Shown piece by piece: positions 54,607 through 64,000 of a stretch of DNA of 64,000 bases. A program made the translations under genes and the position numbers. The DNA is from Rotaria socialis (lineage: Eukaryota): the NCBI GenBank assembly GCA_905331295.1, contig CAJNYD010000214.1, forward strand, positions 1 to 64,000, given 5' to 3'. The notes beneath the pieces were generated by a model. The model did not search any database. It saw only the letters and a list, made by a program, of their open reading frames with translations, and was not told the origin of the DNA. Within the stretch, counting starts at the first letter, position 1. Each line of letters opens with the position of its first letter.

Positions 54607-57600
54607 CTAACGGTGTCTATCAATGGAGAAAAATGAATCGTCATATGTCTGCTAACGCCGTTAATAAAAAACACGCATCACAAGGAAAGTACGCATCACT
54701 GATTGAATAATATATATATATTTATATATATATTCGCTCTTGTTTCACACGTGCTTTTCAACCGAGGCTTTTTCCCACCTTAGTAATTTCTTTCTTTCTC
54801 TTCATGTAATTTTATTATCCAATGACGCACTTTCTGTTGCAATAATCGCCAAAGCTTATCATACGGCGTTCATCGGTGTATTATCAATTCTTGCGACTTT
54901 TATAATGATGATAGAAATGAACTGGCCATAATAGTTCCGTGACTTCAAACATGCATTTTTATAATTGCCTAATGCATTGTATTGCAAAGTATATCGATCG
55001 CAACGCCAATAATTCAAAAACATATTATCACGTAAGTGCATTAGAAATATTATGTCACTGCTAATGTGTAATAAGAGGAATATGATTTTAAAAACAAACA
55101 CAATATCTAATAGCGCTATTGCAAATTGGCTAACATAACTTATAAAAGAAATCTGAAGGCATGGTTGTGTCTAAATCGGAAGATAGATTCGTATTTCATC
55201 AAGGGGTTTTTAAAAAAAATTAAATAATAATATATTTTTGCTTGTTATGAAAGCCTTTTTATTTTCAAATAGTGATGTATTTTTTATTTCAGAAAATATG
55301 TGTCTTGGAATTGAAATATAAACTTTGCAATATCGTAAGATACTGTATCTTCTAAAAAAATTTGAATAAATATATTCCTTTATTCTCGACATCGTTCCTA
55401 CTTGCTATCATTAATTATATTGCTGTATGGATATTTTGATCCGTTTAATAGATCATAGTGTGAAATATTCAAACTATCTTTCCGTACTAAAATATATATT
55501 GGTCCTACAATTTCATATGAATTGAACGATCTCTGTTATGTTCTACTAGATTTCTTCTGCTTTTATTTGATGAAATTGTCATAAGCTGAAATGATTTTCA
55601 TGAATAGTTTTGTTTGTATATTTGATCAATTGGTCGTCATTTATTTCAGATCAAGCATGTCAAAGAATCACTTACGTGAAATCGTTACGAAACAATATTG
55701 CAATAGGTTTCTAATATAGAACGTACACGGCTACACTCATACATTTAATCTTAACCTTGATCATATCAATCGCTAATATTAATCTATAGACTGGCCATGG
55801 GATGCACCAGATTGTATTTCAAACTTTGTTTTCTACCTGTGCTGCATTGTTGGGATTCTATTGCTATTTATATTCAGTACAAGCTCTAAGTTGTGTGTTT
55901 TTTTACATTTTTTTTATATAAATATCAGTATCCACTCCGTTGACTTGTATATATTATTTGCAATTGGTTCATAAATGTTTTAATAGCAACTTTACCTTTA
56001 ATACCTATCTCAAAGTAGAATCTTTTGAACAGCAACTGCATTTCATGTGGAATCATTTTCTATTAAGTTCGTTCATCAACTCATCTAGTTATGCTTTTCA
56101 GTGCAGACATTCGAAAATTAATTAAGCAATATGGTTGTCTTTTACGTGATGAGATATTTTCATGATAATAATATTCTTTGTGGTACAACTTCATGATAAG
56201 CATAATTTCTCTAATGGCTGTTTTCGCAATTTTTATGGGTGGCAGCATTTTCTAACATGTATGCCAACATTTTCAACTCAAGAAGAATCTAAAAACATCT
56301 ATTACATCGGTTTATCCACAACGAATATTCTCAGCCTATAATTAACCTGTGAACACTTGAAGAGAAGTTTAATGAAAATGAGAATCATCAACATCAATTT
56401 GATATCCAGCTCATTGTACATTTAAATACAATATTACTTTGCGAGAGAGAGACAGAGAAATGCTATACGAATCGTCTGAGTCAACATCGAACGATATTAT
56501 TTTGAGGATTGAATTTCTCTAATAGCGACTTTCTTGCTTTTATGAATATAATTTTAAATAATCACTCATTTTCCGTGTTTCCATTACCAATATCCTACGC
56601 AACACGAATATTTTCTGGATTTATTTTGACATAGAAAATATTTTGAATTATTATAAAAAGCAGAGTAACTCCTTGTATGATAGATTTAAACAAAAATGGA
56701 TATTAGTTTTTATATTTAAGAATAGTTTTTCGACGAATCAAATCACTAAAAAACATATATTCATGAAAAAATTAATTTTTAATACAAACAATCCAAAATC
56801 TTATGATGGAGATTTGCATTGCATATGTACAATCAAGTTGAACTTAGGATTGTTATTGGTACGCATTTTAATTATTGTCTTGGGGTCCGCTTCGATCTAT
56901 TCATAGCGATAATTAGAAAAAAATAATTTGTTTTGTATGATATAAGGGTTTGTTTCATGTAACCAACTTTTAGAACATATTCGAACCGTTGCATCTGTTT
57001 TTGATTGATTTTGTCAAATAAGAACTATGGTGAGAACATACTTTTCATGTAATGTTGATTTCGCTTGAAGTCTTCTTCTTAATTGCCGTAAAATTAATAA
57101 ACTATTTGAAATATGGAAGAGCTACAATCGATACAATTATAAAATATAATGAACTATATATTTAGTATATAAATTTTACTGTCGGCTAATAATATTCATC
57201 TGCACGAAATCATCAAGATTTTTTGTATCGTCGAATATACTAATTACTCAACGTTTATCGAATGTCAATAAAGTTATGAGAATAATTCTATTTAAGTTTT
57301 TCTTAAGCGATTCCGAACTAACGAGAATAATATCTCGAAGAAACTTAATTTTTGCTGTACTAGATCCGATACGTTATGAGATTTAAAATGACGCCTCCAT
57401 GTCATAATTGAAAAATATTCTTCAATACAGTTTCACTTCTTACAAATCAAAAGCGTCTTTTTGAATCGTTTCAGAATAAAAATTAACAATCACTTTTCTT
57501 CCAAAAAAAAGAAATATTCTGTTACGTTTTCTTGTCTACTTCTATTTCATCTTTCTTTTTATATTAGGTAGTTTTAGAGAAATATATTTTCTCGATTATG

Positions 57601-58080
57601 CGTCGGTGGAAATAGTTTCACATTTTTACTTGACACATATTTATTGTTTTATTATTCGTTTAATTTTCGATTTAGCCGATTGCTGAAAAGTAAACGTTAA
57701 GACTAGCCAATTGAATTCGTTGTTTCTTCAGAAGTCAGCGCGGTCTTCATTCAAAGGATTTATGTATTCGATAATGAAGCATGCGCTGCAAACATTTGTT
57801 TATATGAAAAAGATGCGCCAATCATCCGTGCTTGTAACAAAAAAACATAACGAAAAAAAAACAGACAATATTTAGTTTTTTTTCTTTTCTCTTCGTCTAA
57901 TATCATATTTTGATATTTTTTCCCGTGTCTCCAATTTTTACTCTTTTCTCTTCTTCTACTTATATGCGCCTTGAATCGATGTAAACGTGATATTATATAT
58001 GTTTGATACGCCCTGATCACCTGCAGTAGCATGTTTGCTGTTCGACAGACTGTATTCACGTGTTTTCTTCTACTCGGTAG

Positions 58081-58488
58081 ATTTATTTTCTTGCCAAAGA
58101 CTATTCTATTTTGGTTTAATTGTAGTCTTTATTCAGTTTACTGATGGTCTAACGTGTTATGTTTGTTCAAACACTTGCAACGATCCATTCAATCCAAAAA
58201 CAGCTACACAAGTAGCTGTACCTAATGCAACAGTATATTCGTGCGCTGTAAGTTAATCTCATTTTCAAATTACAAATATGCATAGTAATTGTTTATTCGA
58301 AATAGAAATTTTGGATAGCAACTGGCAATGTAGCTCGAAGTTCGTTGATGAATTGCCAACCGAACGATATCAAAGGAATTGGTGTATTCTGTTGTAACAC
58401 AAATCTATGCAATGATGCTAGCAAGAAACTGTCAATAGGTTATCTCGTCTACAGTTTAGGACTTGTTCTTATTGTTATGTTATTTTAA
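58081..58488 (+). CDS. Ly6/uPAR three-finger GPI-anchored protein (5' end unresolved)
   Basis: Signal-like LFYFGLIVVFIQFTDG, LTCYVCSNTCNDPF, SCAK, CCNTNLCN and a hydrophobic C-terminal GPI signal. One intron at about 58248-58305. Start codon not located. Confidence 0.8.
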
Positions 58489-59799
58489 GACAAAGAAGAT
58501 AGACTGTTTCGATAACGATTTTCTTTTAAGTAGACCCTTTTCAACTTGATTTTTGTGACTCTTTTGCTTTTTATTTATTTGTGTAAACTTACATAACATG
58601 TTAACAGTTTTGTAACATTGACACAATCAACCACGTCGTCTACGAAGTCAATATTACACCAAGAAAATTTGTCATGTAGGTATGTGGATGAATCAGGGAT
58701 GTTCCTATAGGATAGGATCACACAATCCTGCCTTGAACTAGGATAGAATATTAAAAAAACGAATGTCTATCCTTAGAAACAACTTTTTCTCAATTCTTGG
58801 ATAGTCAAACGCCAATCTGCCAACGCCCAAATGAACATATTAAAAACATACAAAGTGGACATGGAAAAATTTCATTTCACTGAAGTTCTGCATTGCTCAA
58901 TAATGAAAATAATTATGTAGAAAATAGTAATTCGTTAAGAGTCTGCAAATGAAAGAAAGAAATTTACTAAATATGTAAATCGATACTATCTTGAAATGAA
59001 GAAATCGATCGTAAAATTAGAAAAACGAATAAAATCAATCAATGTTACTTGTTCGAATTCGAGAAAAACATGTAAACAATAGAAGTTTTGCAGTTTTAGC
59101 AAAATCTTTATTCTTTAGACTTTTTTTTGAAGGAAACTGGAATTGAATGAATTATCGGACAATTCAACGCTATATTTGCCAATGCTTGAAGATACCAGTG
59201 AAGTAACCACAACTTCAATATGGTTTCCAATAACCAATGGTAATTGATTCATATTCTATGAATTATTGACCATTTACACATTGCTATCCACTATGGATTG
59301 TAATCGATTAAAATTACGAAAACAAATCACCAATAAAAACTCATTAAATCACGGAAGGGAAAAATGAATCATCGCTCACTATTTATCAATTGTTAGCTGT
59401 CCGAATCATCTGAATCGTTGGCTTAGGAAAAATCTTATTGAGCATTTAAAAATAGTTTTGTCCTTTCGAAACATCGGCCTCTCAGATACAACTGAATATA
59501 AATTCTTTGTTGGTCACTGTTTTCGACAGCAATACACCAAGAACTCTAGGTTTTCTCATAGTGAAAAACATGCAAAGTTGACGAGGCGAATGCCTGTGTG
59601 ATTGACTACAAAAGTTAATTGTAAATACTTAAATTGAACGTTTGTACAGAATGATTCAAACCTTATTGTTTCGTCGTGAAACAGATACGATCATCATTTT
59701 TCTTTTATTATATATTTATTTCGATAAAAATAGATAGGAGCAGGACTAATCGGATTCGAAAATACTGTAAAGACTGTAATATTATATAAATTTTAGTCT

Positions 59800-62341
59800 T
59801 CACAGTTCACTGTTCGTTTGTTTTTCACTATTGAACACTATATTCCAAAATGTTTTCTAAATGAAATTAAGAATTCTATCATCATTATTACCAGAAACAA
59901 CTAATCGTCTCGCACTTACACGTTTCAATGGAAAATATCGAGCTGAAACTTCCAGAACATAAAAGTAGGGTATCACTGCGACACATATCGGTACAAATGC
60001 TAATAAAACAATATTCCATCGTGTTCCTTTTGCTCGTGGAAAAGAAAAACGAAATAACACTAAACAATACAAATCAGTAGACAAGAAGTGTTCGAATAAA
60101 TATTCAAACATACTTCCAAATATACCAAACCATCCTATCAATACCGGTGAGAAGAATCCAAGTGTAATAATCATAAAATATTCATGAAATATAGCTGAAA
60201 CAATTACTACACAAGTCGCTGATAAATTTCGATTTCCATTCAATAACTAAAGAATGAAATTTTATTTCGCTAAAACCATCATGAAACTTACTTTGCTCAT
60301 ATCTTTATATACATAAACGTATAACCAATCATGTACAACAACATTCCATGATCGCCAAAATGTTGCAGCTGATGTTAAATTCCACCAATCCTAATAACAA
60401 ATAATTATGAAGGAAAACCTTTTTTTTCATTTCGCTTACCTCATAAAACATGCGATCATCAAATCGAAGTAATTCTGCAAATCCATTTAACCAACAATGA
60501 AAAAACCCATAAAAAGCTAAACAAGAAAAGAGAACGAAAACATTCCAATGAAAAATCAATCAGCAAAGTAGTTTACCTAATATAACAATAAGTACTCCTG
60601 GCAGCATCAAATCAAAAATAGTTGATATTGTAAATTCAAGTGTTATTTCATCGTCTGTAAAAAAGCGCTGAAAAATGGGAACCCAAAAGTATGCTACAAT
60701 ATGGTAGACTAAGCATAGGGCAATCATAAATTGACCAAACATTTGCATAACAATATTCCATTGAATTTTTGATGTACGAGGATAATGATCACGATAAAGT
60801 AACGTAGGCGCAAATAGAAAATAGAAATACTGAGTAAAATGACTAAATTTAAACGATAATTTTTTATCTAAATTTAGCAAGCATCAGAAACTTTCAAGTA
60901 AAATTTAAAAAAAAACGATTTAGCAAACCCTTTGAATTATTTGATTGCTGAAGAATCTTTTCAACATTCTCACGCATAAATGAATGTGTTTTCATCATTT
61001 GTCGTAACTAAATGCAGAAAATTTATTTGAAATATTCGGTTCTATTCGTATTAAAGCGATTCATCACGGACATAGGGGTGTATTACTCATAGTTTCTAAA
61101 GAGAAAGATTTCCTATGTAGAAAATTTGTTTTTGTGAGTCCATCTGACCACTTGCTCATAATCAGTTAATTTTAGACCTGCAACTGCATTTTTTTACTTG
61201 ATTGTAGCTCAAACTAATTTCTTTGTGGTCCTTAGTTATTGTCATCATTGAAAACTCTATAATTCTATAGAGTTCAAGTGCAATCTCTACTAGATAGGGT
61301 TTTGTGTGAATATTTCTTGTCTTTTTTTAATTTAAAAAAAAAGAGGTGGGTCCAATAAATAAGCCAGAAAAAAAACAGTTTTTCAACTTCATTAGAGATA
61401 ATTTGATCTCGTTTCTAACGAGGGGAAAAGTTACGAAACGAGCCGAAAAACAGATGGGGATTATCCCTGATTATATAATCGTTCTTTCTACGTGCATAAG
61501 AAAATCACAATTGACAAATTTCACGCTATTGCTAAACTTTTCGATTTCTACAATATTCATGGCCGTTTTCAAACAGCTGTTTGCCATTTCGAATAATAGC
61601 AACTCTAATTTCCCGTTGTTGACTCTATTCCACAAGTATCATGCATTCTACATTACTTATATTTGCTTGTTTTTCTTTCTAGAATGCTTTTCTACGATAC
61701 AACATACTTGTTCGCCGAGTATAATTGCTGAAGAAGCGATGGGTAGCTGATGTTTAATAATTTGCCAACTTGGTATCACCAATAAACCGGTAATATAAAA
61801 AATATAAATCAGTGACCAAATAAAATCATAGAGTTCTAAAGAAAAACAAACATGTTTTGTCTAAAATATCGCCATATAAAAGTCTCTCTTACTCAGATAA
61901 AGTCCAGTAAACTTCCGATTACTTGCCCACATATATGTACTATAAAAAACAATAAACATTGTAGATAAAGTCATCAGACACCAAATAAATGCGACAATGT
62001 GTAATTTACCAACAGCCTGATTTAGAAGATCAAATGTCCAATCAAACCTAATAGACAAAATTCGAAAAAAAACTGTTTTTTTCCAAAAAGTTGAATACTT
62101 TGTTTTACCTTCCATAATGAAGAAGATCATTTATTGCTTGACGTGATATTAACAAGAAAAAACCAGCAACAAATGCATTTCGTATACAGTTAATATGTGT
62201 AATTTGAAATAGATCTGTTAATAAAGATCTGCGAGCAGTAAATTCACCTGTTCTTCTATGTTTAATTGAGATTTTCACAGAATGAAATGATTCATAATTT
62301 AAATCATCATTCGTCGACATGTGTTTTGTTAAATCGCTCAT
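59800..62341 (-). CDS. SOAT1: Sterol O-acyltransferase (ACAT/SOAT, MBOAT family)
   Basis: [73 protein letters not shown] and SAIFHEY (catalytic His). Confidence 0.92.
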
Positions 62342-63295
62342 GATCGAAAAATAGTAATATAAAACATAAATAACCGATTGAATTTATACTTGATCAGACA
62401 AAAAACTAAATTGAGAGCGTGGTTAATTATCTAAAAATTAAAACTGAATCATTTTGATGAATAAGAATTTTATTAAAACAAAAAAATGAATGTATAGAAC
62501 GTCATATGTTACAACGTGAAATTTTAGACTGCAGCAGTTGCGCCTGTTCCACTTCACTGATCAATACTGCCTATAAAAACGATCAAACACGATAGTCGAG
62601 CATTCTTGTACTTGTCATATGAAAAGTAACGCATAATGATTCAATAGCACGCAAGTCGCGTGCTATTTATTTGTCTTTGCTACTTTCTTATTCGCTGTAC
62701 AATCGATTGCAAGACAAATATGATGCCCAAAGAAGAAAAAAAGAGGAAATATGACAAGTTGATAGATGAAATAAATACATATGCATTTAATGGCCTTCGA
62801 AGAAATTATACCATTTAATAAAATAGCTTTTTATATAACGTAGTATTTGACAGAACTCAGCTGGTGATTGTGTTCCTTCAAAACATGATGAATATATATA
62901 TGTATATACGTATATGATCATCAACTACTACTTCTCTCTGATTCGTTGATATTGATTTGATAACTGTGGCTCTATGATATTCATGGCTTTGTAGTAAGTA
63001 TGAATCATAATCGGGGAGGTCGCCTCCGGTTAGGGCTCATCACAAAAAGATGTTTCTGTGCAATCTAACAGATATTTACAGACATACATATCTGTAAAGT
63101 TACTAACAGTACTGAACTACAGTGAATAATCAGTAGTCATTCAAAATAGGTTTCATTGGCTCATTCAAAGATTCAAAAAAAAAACCAAGAGCCTATATTA
63201 CATTAATAAATTAAATAATATTGAGTACATCTAGATTACTAAGGAAACCATTTTTCCTATTTATTTGAAATTTCTCGTAAAAAAATCAAACACTT

Positions 63296-64000
63296 ATGGA
63301 TGTTCAAATTGAAATTGAGCGAAACAAAATGAAATTATTGAATAATGAAAATCTACAACCAAATATGACTACAAATCGCAAACATCTGATATCCCCGCTG
63401 TATAATAAGCAAAAACAGATGCTTAGAAAACAACTTAACCTTGTTAGAAATAAACAAGTACGAGCAGTACCAGGTAAAATATATCAATTAGCAATTATGA
63501 GTTAATTAAAATCATTTTTTCTCAGATGGTTACTATAATGGTCTCATTAATGATATGCATAAAGACTACATAAATTTTCAAGAAAGAGGAACATGTCGTC
63601 AGATGGAATATTTAAATCCATTAATTCAACATGGTCAACAAACCGCTGATTTAATTCATCACTTTAATGAAGAAACTCGTTTAGAAGAAAAGAAATTAGA
63701 TAAATTTAAAGCACCAAGAACTCTAAATGCTTTATCAATACAATGTTCACTTCCATCAAAATATGATGAATTAGAAAATCTTTCTCCATTATCTTTCTTA
63801 GTTAAATACACGAAACCGTTATTCAATCGGCAACGTATTGTGATGAAATTAATACGTAAAATGCATGCAGATGCAACAATAGATATTGATGATGCAAAAG
63901 ATATTGTTTTCGAGTATTTTAATCGCTATATAACACTCAAAGACATCCAGGAACTTTTTCATTTTCTTAATATTCATTCATTGAATAAATTTCAAGCAAA
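63296..64000 (+). CDS. Hypothetical protein, truncated by window end
   Basis: Exon 1 from ATG 63296, intron about 63474-63525, then an open frame (DGYYNGLIND...LSPLSFLVKY...IQELFHFLNI) running to the end of the window. Confidence 0.7.

Noticed and set aside
54740..57760. Several 60-100 aa ORFs in the long intergenic region
   Set aside because: AT-rich, F/I/K/N-biased translations without motifs, as expected by chance.
63011..63030. GC hairpin GGAGG-TCG-CCTCC as a Helitron 3' end or terminator
   Set aside because: Short stem, no CTRR terminus at the expected distance, and eukaryotic context.

Overview
AT-rich, gene-dense eukaryotic (animal) genomic DNA with many short (~50-70 bp) GT-AG introns. 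The style is most consistent with a bdelloid rotifer (inference, not proven). By joining exons by hand I recognise, in order: a Maelstrom-domain gene with no HMG box, a CCAP-like neuropeptide precursor, a flavin polyamine/spermine oxidase, COG5, a PPM1A/B-type PP2C phosphatase, an ASK-family MAP3K, an SLC26 anion transporter, LRRC9, a CAP-like single-pass membrane protein, an orphan 2-TM protein, a class B (secretin-family) GPCR, a peroxiredoxin-fold protein, a Ly6/three-finger GPI protein, a sterol O-acyltransferase and a truncated unknown gene. There are also degenerate MITE-like elements, two assembly Ns and a poly-G artefact. The most interesting observations are: (i) a spliced, intact peroxiredoxin lacking both catalytic cysteines; (ii) an ASK kinase with Glu at the Thr838-equivalent activation site and CPD instead of APE; (iii) operon-like PPM1-COG5 spacing with an acceptor-like AG directly before the COG5 ATG; (iv) the signature of a heterozygous ~470 bp inversion with 7-bp inverted microhomology. 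All family calls come from recalled motifs, not database searches, and exon boundaries are manual predictions.
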